Both the position numbers and the translations under genes were made by a program. Below the pieces are notes generated by a model, which searched no databases, was not told the DNA's origin, and saw only the letters and a program-made list of their open reading frames with translations. A DNA stretch of 64,000 bases from a virus: positions 32,001 through 96,000 of IMG/VR virus record IMGVR_UViG_3300007513_000013; one strand, given 5' to 3'. Below are positions 35,981 to 44,875 of the stretch, piece by piece (positions within the stretch are counted from its first letter, which is position 1; each line of letters opens with the position of its first letter).

Positions 35981-38900
35981 ATGTTAGATATATTTAATGA
36001 ATCAGAACATCCTTTAGAGGGGCTAGAAGAATTAATTCAAGATCTTTTTTCATTTTCTAATGAAAGATTTGGATTCCAGAGACCTCCCAGTTTATTTCTT
36101 AGGTCTGATTCAGAAAACGCAAAAAACGCATTAGGTAGAACCGGTTCTTACGACCCGTCAAAAATGGAAATTATGATCTTTGTAGATAAGCGACACCCAA
36201 AAGATATTTTGCGCTCTATATCTCACGAACTAATCCACCATATGCAAAACTTAAGAGGTGATTTTGAACATGAATTCGACACATCAGAAGGATATGCCCA
36301 AAACGATCCACACCTAAGAAACATGGAAGAAGAGGCTTATTCTGCTGGAAATCTGTGTTTCAGAGATTGGGAAGACTCACGAAAACAACAATTAGCAGAA
36401 TCAATATGTTATAACAATATTATAGGAGGAGATGACATGTCAGAGGATAAAAGAATTCCACTGAAAGAGTGGAAAAATGCAGAACTTAATTCACAATTGA
36501 TGAAGAAGTTTGGTCTTGTAAATGAAGAATCAGGTGCAGGAGCCGAGCAACTTTATCACGAAGAAACCACTGCAGAAAATGTTAGTGGCGAAGAAACCCT
36601 AGAAGAAGACGAAGAACCAGAGAGTACCAACTTCTCTACAACCTTAAATGAGAGAAAAGAACTTGTTGTAGAGAAGAGGGCTGAATATTATCGTGCTCCA
36701 GGGGAAAATTATAGATTTGATCGGGATGAAGCCAATAAAGGCAAGGGTGGAGTGTATTCGCAAAATATTGCGCAAGTATATGATCGCTGTGTTGCAGAGG
36801 AAGATCAAGATTGTATAGACGATCTTGAAATGTCCGGAGATATATATCAATGGGCTGACCGGCAGGGTAGAGCAGCCAAAAAGGCAAAACAATATTGTAT
36901 ATGGGGCCATTGCTTTCCCCTGTCTTCTAAAAAGAAGCCAAAAGGGAAGCCTAAAAAGAAGCCAAAAGGGACATATCAAGAAGGTATTGCATCCTATCTC
37001 CCTGTCCACCCTGACAAGCTTAAAACACTTTTAAACGAAGGCTGGCTTGAAGATTGGTGGCGAAGTTCCACAGGGCAATCCGGACAGTCTATTCAAGTGG
37101 GGCCCGGCCAGAAACAATACCAGAAGGTTCTGAATCAAGGCGCTTGGGTTGATGTTCCGAAGGGTACGTATGAACTTCCGGATTATGTTACACCTGCAGA
37201 CGTGGCGCCTTATATGTATCATAAAGGTGGAAATCCGGCGGCAGAGGCCGCAGAGCATGCCAAACGACGGCTAAATCCATCATATGGAGCGGTGGATTTT
37301 CACGCCCCTCTAAAAGCCGGTCCTTCTGACGTCGAGATGATTCGTAGACATCAGAACCCTAGGCAAAACATGGCATATGCCAATCAGCAAATTGCTAAAT
37401 TACCGGGTGGAAAACAAAGGATGACTACTTTAACCCCCACTGAAGAATTTGCTATAGACATGGGATTAAGCGCGCTCGATATATACGGTGGTTTTGGGGC
37501 GCTAAAATGGGCTAGAGCAATGAAAGCAGCTAAAGCAGCAGAAGAAGCGGCAAGGGTATCCAGAATTGTGAAATCTGGGGAGAAAGTGGCGCCAAAATTT
37601 GGTGTACCTCCGGAATTACCACCACCTCGAAAACCTGCTGAGTTGCCGCACACAGTTATTGATCCAGATGATGTATATTACATACTCGATGACGCCGACA
37701 TTATATCTTCAACGAAATCAAAGCCTGTGCAGCCTCCGCCAGTGCCAAAACCCGTGCGACCACCGCCGGTACCGGTCGAAAAGGCGGCGATGAGTCTAGA
37801 TGACCTTCCGGTGGTGACTGCGGCAATGAGAGGCGAAGAAGCGGCGCAACTTAGTAAGTGGCAAAGAATTAAAGATTGGACTAAAGATTTGCCCGTTAAA
37901 ATAAAAGAGGCATCCGGAAAGGCATGGGAGGCTACAAAAACAGGAGCAAGAAAGACAGGTGAATATTTAGATCCCAGGACTACGAAATTTCCTACCACAT
38001 TCAATCAACTTCTTGGGCCGGGTAAACAAAAGTTCTTCAGTAATAGAACTGCATTGAACCTTTTTGCTACTGCAGCTGGAACCGGTGCTAGCGCAGAAGC
38101 TCTATATTATTGGTTTGGTGGCGATGGTCCGTTCATTGAACATGAAGAGGGTAAGAATTATCCATCAAACGCTATCTTACAAAAAGATCCAAAATCAGGT
38201 GAGGTGGTTTCTTATTACCTAACCCGAGAACAGTTTATGGGCGAACCCAGATCGTTTTTTGATCGTACACCAGATCCCACAAAGTTCGTTAAAGTGTGGA
38301 CTACAAATGGCAGAGAAGCCAATGATTTAGTTGAAGGTCTTTACGCAGAACAGCACAGAAAAGAGTTTTTTGCTAAGGTTGGTAATTCTGAAGCTTCTAT
38401 GAAAGATTACACAGAACTCCGAGAGAAACAACTAGCAGGATTTAAACAATTATATGATGACGGTCGCGTAAATAAAGCGGTGCTTGATGCAAAACTAAGA
38501 CAAATAATGGCAGAATACAAATTAGTAACTAAAACGAAGGAGAAGAGTAAAGTTGATTGGCAACTGACAACACCCGAGCAAAAAGAACTTGTCCGGACTT
38601 ATTTAAGATCATTAATGTTAGAAGATTATGTCCGAGAGTTTGGGCCGGGTGCAGTTCCAGGGATTGGAGAAATATACACGTTCACAGACTATAAAGGTCA
38701 AAGAGTAAAGATAGAAAGCTCTGAGGATGATGGCGATAGTTACGGCATAAAAATAATTGGAGTTGAAGATCCTGATGGTGACGGCCCCTTAACAAAAAAA
38801 GATGCGGAAGAGAAAATAAAAAGAAACTGGGTGCTTGGACATATTGGGGGTCGCGAAGATCAGTGGTCTCAAGGAATGCATTTCCCAATTGCACAGACCG

Positions 38901-39202
38901 GAAAGCCAAAACACCCTATCCTATACACCCCTCAATCTGAACGTGAGTGGCGAAAGGGATATTTTGCTAACTTATTTGGCGATGATGAACCTGCCGGCTT
39001 AAGACCTCCTCGCTCTCCAGCTCTTATGGACAGGAAAACCAGAATGACGGATGAGGAAGAGGTACGCAAAGAAGATGAGTATGTATACGAAAACAAGGCC
39101 CAGGCACTCTTTAAAAAACCCTACAATGAACTAGGCGAAGACGATAAACAAAAAGTTCGCGATGCTGTCGAGCTAGACGAACTTGAGTGGGTTAACGAAT
39201 AA
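35981..39202 (+). CDS. Giant modular protein (1073 aa) with an N-terminal zincin-like domain
   Basis: RHPKDILRSISHELIHHMQ...EEEAY; internal SD+ATG at 36437; Pro-rich linker; central hydrophobic helix. Confidence 0.8.
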   Translation: MLDIFNESEHPLEGLEELIQDLFSFSNERFGFQRPPSLFLRSDSENAKNALGRTGSYDPSKMEIMIFVDKRHPKDILRSISHELIHHMQNLRGDFEHEFDTSEGYAQNDPHLRNMEEEAYSAGNLCFRDWEDSRKQQLAESICYNNIIGGDDMSEDKRIPLKEWKNAELNSQLMKKFGLVNEESGAGAEQLYHEETTAENVSGEETLEEDEEPESTNFSTTLNERKELVVEKRAEYYRAPGENYRFDRDEANKGKGGVYSQNIAQVYDRCVAEEDQDCIDDLEMSGDIYQWADRQGRAAKKAKQYCIWGHCFPLSSKKKPKGKPKKKPKGTYQEGIASYLPVHPDKLKTLLNEGWLEDWWRSSTGQSGQSIQVGPGQKQYQKVLNQGAWVDVPKGTYELPDYVTPADVAPYMYHKGGNPAAEAAEHAKRRLNPSYGAVDFHAPLKAGPSDVEMIRRHQNPRQNMAYANQQIAKLPGGKQRMTTLTPTEEFAIDMGLSALDIYGGFGALKWARAMKAAKAAEEAARVSRIVKSGEKVAPKFGVPPELPPPRKPAELPHTVIDPDDVYYILDDADIISSTKSKPVQPPPVPKPVRPPPVPVEKAAMSLDDLPVVTAAMRGEEAAQLSKWQRIKDWTKDLPVKIKEASGKAWEATKTGARKTGEYLDPRTTKFPTTFNQLLGPGKQKFFSNRTALNLFATAAGTGASAEALYYWFGGDGPFIEHEEGKNYPSNAILQKDPKSGEVVSYYLTREQFMGEPRSFFDRTPDPTKFVKVWTTNGREANDLVEGLYAEQHRKEFFAKVGNSEASMKDYTELREKQLAGFKQLYDDGRVNKAVLDAKLRQIMAEYKLVTKTKEKSKVDWQLTTPEQKELVRTYLRSLMLEDYVREFGPGAVPGIGEIYTFTDYKGQRVKIESSEDDGDSYGIKIIGVEDPDGDGPLTKKDAEEKIKRNWVLGHIGGREDQWSQGMHFPIAQTGKPKHPILYTPQSEREWRKGYFANLFGDDEPAGLRPPRSPALMDRKTRMTDEEEVRKEDEYVYENKAQALFKKPYNELGEDDKQKVRDAVELDELEWVNE

Positions 39203-42200
39203 TGGGTGGTGCTGCAGGACACATGGCACATCCTTTTGATTTGCCCGAAGTAAATACTGGAAATGATTTAATCAATTTCTTTCAAACAGCGGTAGATCAT
39301 TTACAAACAAATGCCGGTAGTGTTAAAATTGATGGAGTTAACGTAAGCTTTAAATTAATTGACGGACCTCAAGGCAAAGAATTTGCAGTTGATCGTGGAA
39401 GTACAAAACCAATTGACATTGAAGGGATAACAATAAGCAGAGTTAACGAAAGATTTCCAGAAGGTCATGGAATGCGGCCAGCTATTACAACTCTATTGAC
39501 AATCCTCAATGAGGCTCTCCCAAATATAAAACGACAATTGCAGCAATTGGGAATGTGGTATGACCCCACGAAATTCTTAAACACAGAATATGTCTTAGGA
39601 CAAACAAACGTAACTGTATATGATAAAAACTTTTTAGCTATTCACGGCTTAAATCAGTTTTATGAGAAAACCAATCAAAGAACCGGCGTTTCTAGACCGG
39701 GAACTAAAAGACCCTTAAACAATAAAGCTCCGAGTACAGAAGTAGAATATAGCGACGATCTAATGGAGTCTTTAGTTGCAGAAATTGGTAAAGTAGCTGG
39801 TAGGTATGGATTTGAAGTTTATGGATCCGTGCCAACAGAATCCATGAAGCCTGTTAATTTTTCTAGTACCTTAAGTACCCCTTTTACTGTTAATTATGGA
39901 TATGAAGAAAATGGTGAGGTGTTCTCAGACACAAAAACCCTTCAAGAATGGTTGGCAGAGGCCAATAATCCCCGAGGGGCAACTGTCAATTTAGCCGATG
40001 GTAGAAAACAAGGGGCCATGAGCAAATTAGTCTACACAGAAATTTTAAATGGCACTTTAATAACTGAATTGTTGCAAATTGGTGAAGATTTTTGGCAGAA
40101 CATGCAGGACGGGGGAAATATAGAAGGAACGGAAGTAGAATTAGCTGTAGATGGCGCAATATTCTACCATGCAACCAGATTGTTGGGAAATGATGTTTTA
40201 GAGACACTCACAAGCCCCATGGGAGACGTTCTAAGCCACGAAGGAGTGGTTATTAGGGGGTTATCCTCTGTGCCGGTTAAAATCACCGGAGAATTCATCG
40301 TACAAGGCCTACAAACGGCCTTTAGAGAGCAGAAAGAACTTTATGAGCAGAATATACCGTTTGCAGGCGAAAAGTCCCATATAGCCTTCATTCCGGGCGG
40401 ATTTAAGCCTCCGCACAAAGGGCATCTAGAAATGGTTAAATATTACTACAATAAAGTGGGCCCAAATGGGACAGTTGTTGTTTTAATGGGCGGTGGTGGA
40501 AAACAGCCGAGAACAATCAATGGAAAACCCATAACTTTGCAAGATTCTATGAATATATGGGAAACATATTTAAGAAATGATCCTGGAATTGATTGGCCCT
40601 CTGATAGAGTGGAGTTTCAGAGTGTTGAAGGTGTTGGTCCAATTGCGCCTATTATAGATTATATAAAAGAGAAAGCAGATCCAGAAACTGAAGTTATTCA
40701 TTTGGGCGCTGGTGCGAAAGATGCTAATAGATGGAAAATGATGCTGGATAATTCCAAAAACAACCCGAGAGGAGTTGAATTACATATTGATCCTGCTCCA
40801 AATATGGTAGATTCAGAAGGAAATCCATTGAGCGCAACTGTTATGCGAAGATCTGTTGAAGAAAAAGATCTAGACACCTTTAAGAGATTTATTCCCGACA
40901 CCAGCCTTCATACAGCTGAAGATTTGTTTGTTATGCTGAGCGGTGCTTTATTAACAGAAGGAAAGGAGGATGACCCACTTCCTGTGGGTATTTTTCTGCG
41001 GTTAATTGAAGAAGAGGTAGATAAAGAAATATTAAATGAAAATTTATGGGACACTTTAGATAATTGGAGGCGCAGATACGGCCGTAAAATCCTTAATCCA
41101 ATCGAAACAACGGCAGGAGTGTTGGGCGATCTTATCGGTAAACAAGAGGCCGGAAAAAAAGCAGAACACCTTACAGATAAATTAGCAGACACTATTACAT
41201 CTCCATTTGATCCTTTAATTAATCCAGTGGTTGATTATCTATCTGGTCGGAGAGACATTGATCCGCCAAAAGGGCCGGGCGGAAGTACACCAGTTATAGT
41301 ACCTCCATATGACCCTAGGACAGAAAAAATAAATCAACTTTTAAAACAAAGAGAAGACTGGAGTAAAAAACTGCATTTAAAATATTTACAAGACAGAGAA
41401 GAAGCTTATTATCGAAATCCGGAAAGATGGGAAGGGAAATTACCCGAAGAAGGATATTGGGGACCTCATGAGAATAGCCCGACAAGTAAAACGACTTACG
41501 ATGCGTGGTTAAAATCTGGCGCGTACAGAAAACATTTTCCAAACTTAACACGAATTAGCACTGATGACCCAAGATTAAAATGGTATTGGAAAGATATGGA
41601 TCCCTCCAAATTAGAACAAGTATATGGTACTCGCGATGGACGTTGGCACGACCCACTAAAAGAGTCAAACACACTTTCACCAGATATGTTTCTAGAATTA
41701 ATTGAAGAAGCTATAGCCAGCACAGATTTATTTGGTGGCAGGAAAGACGATGCCAATATGTATCCTCAATGGAATGCTCAAGCTGCTGATGATGCAATAT
41801 ATGATAATGACGATACAATACCGGTAACTGAAGCTAGTGGAATGGCAGCCGGTGATGTTTCTGGTGGCGGTGTAGGAAATAGGCCTCCGGGAGCTTGTGA
41901 TGATGAATACTTAATTCGTGAAGAAGACAGTGAAACACCTGAAGTTAAAAAACCTGCTGAAGTTAAAAAACCTGCTGAAGTTAAAAAACCTGCTGAAGTT
42001 AAAAAACCTGCTGAAGTTAAAAAACCTGCTGAAGTGGCTAGCTGGCAGGATGACCCGAGCTATGAATCATCTCTCCCTCCTCAAAACAAGCAAGAAGAAA
42101 CCCACGAAGACAAAATAAAGGGTATGAAGTTTTATAATAACTTAAAAGACGATACATTTAAAGAGGCTTTTAACAAGGCCTATAAAACATATGGCTGGAA

Positions 42201-43161
42201 AGGGGCTTATGTCTGGAAGAAGACATATGAAAACTTCATTAAGAAGGGAGACGGTCCGGATGATGCAGCATACTTTGCCAGCGATGCAGTTACTTCTTTG
42301 AAGTGGCCCGGGAAACAAAAAATCACCAAGCAGAGGGCGCGCCCGTACCACCCGCTAGAGCCCGGCTCATACACAAAGATTTATACCGGTAAAAACCGGC
42401 CATCAGATGAAGAGATAAAAAGAGATCCAGTGAAGCCGCCGCCAAAAGGTTCACAAAAATACTCCTATACAGATCAGGGCAAACAAATAGCTAATAATGT
42501 AAGAAACGACCTGATCAAAGCATATACACAGCCATGGTCCCCGTTTGCGCAGCAAGGAATCAGAAAACATGGAAAGAAAAAGTATTTTAACGAGATCCTT
42601 CCGAAAATTACAGAAAAACTACGTGGCATCAGCTTTAATATTGAAAAAGGTAAAAAGACCGTTAGTGATCATGCCGCGGCATATTACGCGCCCGGGACGA
42701 ATAGTGTCACTCTCCCCGGACGCTTTGATGCAAGCACAGAAGAACTTGAAACACTGCTGGTACATGAAATAGGGCACTCTTTGGCGCCAGGATTTCTTAC
42801 TAAACTTGGCCTAGGTGTTATTGATCCGGGTGATAACAAGCAAGATTTATTAGCGTTGATAGACAAGGAAAAAGTGCACAAAGGGTTCAGGCCCGGGCAG
42901 AAGTCGATTATGCACCGGGTTGAGTATGGCAAAGATCCGCATGGTGCGAATCCCTCGGAGATACAAACCAACTTAGCTCATTTAAAATATTACCTTATGA
43001 AAAAGGGCCACATGGGCAATGATGGGAAAGTAACCGGAAAAGTTATTGACAAAATTCGCCAAGGAAAAATAAAAGTACCCGGTAATAATTTTGTAAAGAA
43101 TATAAATTCCAAAATGGATTCGCGCGAACTAGCTCAGCGTATGAATAATATTTGGAATTAA
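39202..43161 (+). CDS. Giant modular protein (1319 aa): ligase-like domain, HIGH nucleotidyltransferase domain, C-terminal zincin module
   Basis: KIDG...EGVVIR...VKITG; PGGFKPPHKGH...LSATVMR; VHEIGH...EIQTN. Confidence 0.8.
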   Translation: MGGAAGHMAHPFDLPEVNTGNDLINFFQTAVDHLQTNAGSVKIDGVNVSFKLIDGPQGKEFAVDRGSTKPIDIEGITISRVNERFPEGHGMRPAITTLLTILNEALPNIKRQLQQLGMWYDPTKFLNTEYVLGQTNVTVYDKNFLAIHGLNQFYEKTNQRTGVSRPGTKRPLNNKAPSTEVEYSDDLMESLVAEIGKVAGRYGFEVYGSVPTESMKPVNFSSTLSTPFTVNYGYEENGEVFSDTKTLQEWLAEANNPRGATVNLADGRKQGAMSKLVYTEILNGTLITELLQIGEDFWQNMQDGGNIEGTEVELAVDGAIFYHATRLLGNDVLETLTSPMGDVLSHEGVVIRGLSSVPVKITGEFIVQGLQTAFREQKELYEQNIPFAGEKSHIAFIPGGFKPPHKGHLEMVKYYYNKVGPNGTVVVLMGGGGKQPRTINGKPITLQDSMNIWETYLRNDPGIDWPSDRVEFQSVEGVGPIAPIIDYIKEKADPETEVIHLGAGAKDANRWKMMLDNSKNNPRGVELHIDPAPNMVDSEGNPLSATVMRRSVEEKDLDTFKRFIPDTSLHTAEDLFVMLSGALLTEGKEDDPLPVGIFLRLIEEEVDKEILNENLWDTLDNWRRRYGRKILNPIETTAGVLGDLIGKQEAGKKAEHLTDKLADTITSPFDPLINPVVDYLSGRRDIDPPKGPGGSTPVIVPPYDPRTEKINQLLKQREDWSKKLHLKYLQDREEAYYRNPERWEGKLPEEGYWGPHENSPTSKTTYDAWLKSGAYRKHFPNLTRISTDDPRLKWYWKDMDPSKLEQVYGTRDGRWHDPLKESNTLSPDMFLELIEEAIASTDLFGGRKDDANMYPQWNAQAADDAIYDNDDTIPVTEASGMAAGDVSGGGVGNRPPGACDDEYLIREEDSETPEVKKPAEVKKPAEVKKPAEVKKPAEVKKPAEVASWQDDPSYESSLPPQNKQEETHEDKIKGMKFYNNLKDDTFKEAFNKAYKTYGWKGAYVWKKTYENFIKKGDGPDDAAYFASDAVTSLKWPGKQKITKQRARPYHPLEPGSYTKIYTGKNRPSDEEIKRDPVKPPPKGSQKYSYTDQGKQIANNVRNDLIKAYTQPWSPFAQQGIRKHGKKKYFNEILPKITEKLRGISFNIEKGKKTVSDHAAAYYAPGTNSVTLPGRFDASTEELETLLVHEIGHSLAPGFLTKLGLGVIDPGDNKQDLLALIDKEKVHKGFRPGQKSIMHRVEYGKDPHGANPSEIQTNLAHLKYYLMKKGHMGNDGKVTGKVIDKIRQGKIKVPGNNFVKNINSKMDSRELAQRMNNIWN
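41941..42030 (+). repeat. Perfect 18 bp tandem repeat x5 encoding EVKKPA
   Basis: GAAGTTAAAAAACCTGCT x5, in frame within 39202..43161. Confidence 0.95.
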
Positions 43162-43212
43162 GTTAAATGAGAAATTTATACACTATTTACTGTGTAAAGT
43201 GGAGCAAAAATA

Positions 43213-43938
43213 ATGCAAACTGAAAGAGAAGATTTTATAAATGAAATTTTGGAAGAAAGGAAGCTTAGAGAGGTGGTTCGAGCCGGTATTAAAACCATAC
43301 TGGAGAGGAAAAAGAAAGTCGTTGACGAGTCGATGCAGCTTAAATCAATCATACAGCATATAATTAAAGAAGCAAAAGCTAAAAACATTGCTGTACATGA
43401 TTCCACCGGGATGAATAGATTAGAAGATCTATTTAGCAACACTTCTTTTTTAGATACTCTGGAAAAAGCTTATATGTCGTTAACTTCGGCTCCAGAACAA
43501 AGAAAGTCATTTCGTGCACATCTTTTGAATGCAGTAGAGGCGTTACTGCAAACAGATGATCTAAACAGATCTGCAGATGCAGAGGAGGCTGGTAGTAGTA
43601 GCCTTATGACTAGACCGGTGAAACCTATAGCAGAAGATATTGATGTTGATATCGATGATGACTTTAGTGATGATGTTGAAGATGTTAACAAATCTGATGA
43701 AGAAAAGGAAGAAGAAGACTTTAGTATTCCCGGGATGGATGAAACAGGCAGAAATATCGCCTTACAAGCTTTTAATGGTCTTAAAGATTTAATTAAAAAC
43801 GCTCTAAAGCCAATTGTTAATTCTGAAGATAAAGAATTGTTTATGACATATTTAATTAAAAATTTAAATTTATATTTAGATACGTATGAAGAATCGATTA
43901 CTGGTGACTTTAAAAATCAAGAACCAATGATGCCATAA
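43213..43938 (+). CDS. Acidic hypothetical protein
   Basis: 241 aa; HDSTGMNRLEDL, DETGRNIA; GGAG SD. Confidence 0.8.
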   Translation: MQTEREDFINEILEERKLREVVRAGIKTILERKKKVVDESMQLKSIIQHIIKEAKAKNIAVHDSTGMNRLEDLFSNTSFLDTLEKAYMSLTSAPEQRKSFRAHLLNAVEALLQTDDLNRSADAEEAGSSSLMTRPVKPIAEDIDVDIDDDFSDDVEDVNKSDEEKEEEDFSIPGMDETGRNIALQAFNGLKDLIKNALKPIVNSEDKELFMTYLIKNLNLYLDTYEESITGDFKNQEPMMP

Positions 43939-43992
43939 AATAAAACCAACCGTCCGACCAAGGGTATCATAAATTTTTATAAAAATTAAACT

Positions 43993-44349
43993 ATGAGCTG
44001 GAAAAAAAAGAAAAAATATGGAAAGAACGAGCACTATAGTCTTGTAAAAAAGCTGAAAGACGAAGAAAAGATTAATGAAAGCTTTGAGTTAATGCTAAAT
44101 GGATTATCACTGGAAGAAATCATTGGACTCAAGTTAGAATTAGCATCTAAATTCTTCGGAGGGAAATCTTATGGCATGCCAATATGGTACTCGATGAGAG
44201 AAATTGTACAAGATGCTGTACTAAAATATGCTCTTTCAGCTTGTCGTACCAAGAAAGAGGCTGCTAGATTGTTGGGCTTAGATCCTAATAATTTCAGAAA
44301 ATTAATAAAAAAATACGAAACTGAATCTTTTTTTGAAGAAAATACTTGA
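43993..44349 (+). CDS. Fis-like helix-turn-helix protein
   Basis: C-terminal ALSACRTKKEAARLLGLDPNNFRKLIKKY matches the Fis/HTH_8 pattern. Confidence 0.7.
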   Translation: MSWKKKKKYGKNEHYSLVKKLKDEEKINESFELMLNGLSLEEIIGLKLELASKFFGGKSYGMPIWYSMREIVQDAVLKYALSACRTKKEAARLLGLDPNNFRKLIKKYETESFFEENT

Positions 44350-44374
44350 CAAAATTAATTATAATGTTTACTAT
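44346..44374 (+). promoter_or_regulatory. Probable tmRNA promoter
   Basis: TTGACA-17 nt-TACTAT, 13 nt upstream of the mature tmRNA 5' end; overlaps an ACTATTTA motif. Confidence 0.6.
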
Positions 44375-44387
44375 TTAACGTAATTAT

Positions 44388-44818
44388 GGGGGCGAAATGG
44401 TTTCGACAGAGTAATGAGATTGTTTTGTGCAAGACTGTGTAAGTATCACAGTATAAATACTTAAACTTTATAAATGCCAACGACAACGTTGAATTTGAAT
44501 ACGCACTAGCTGCGTAATCTGAAGTTACTAACGCTTTATTAACGAAGTTAGATCGGGAATACATACGATATCGTGTATTAGTTTTCAAGGGTTCAAATAA
44601 CCTAGCTCAGCTGTGGCTTAACAAGTCTTAAAAGGTCAGAAGGGCGAAAGGGTTATATAGTTACTATATAATTTTGGTAACCAGCACCATAAGTTGGTAA
44701 AATGGATTCCCCGATGTTTCATCGGGTGGTTGGTACTTAGGTGGTTATTGTACCTATTCTTGTGAATGACAAAATAATTAATTTATTTTGGACCCGGGTT
44801 CGACTCCCGGCGCCTCCA
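44388..44818 (+). ncRNA. ssrA: tmRNA, tag ANDNVEFEYALAA (44476-44517)
   Basis: GGGGGCG/CGCCTCC-A acceptor stem with G-U pair, TTCGAC at the 5' end, T-arm CCGGGTTCGACTCCCGG, pk1 CTGTG/CACAG plus TAAGTAT/ATACTTA, tag ending YALAA*. Confidence 0.97.
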
Positions 44819-44875
44819 CTCATATAGTAAGTTTACATCAGAGATAACTACTTATATACAAGGAGAATTAAATTC

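Noticed and set aside
41941-42030. CRISPR array
   Set aside because: Repeats are head-to-tail with no spacers and in frame; I saw no repeat-spacer array anywhere in the window
26126-43161. Inteins or introns in the giant ORFs
   Set aside because: No C/S...HN splice motifs or LAGLIDADG blocks recognised; ORFs are uninterrupted
44780-44820. Stand-alone tRNA
   Set aside because: It is the 3' tRNA-like domain of tmRNA, pairing with 44388-44394
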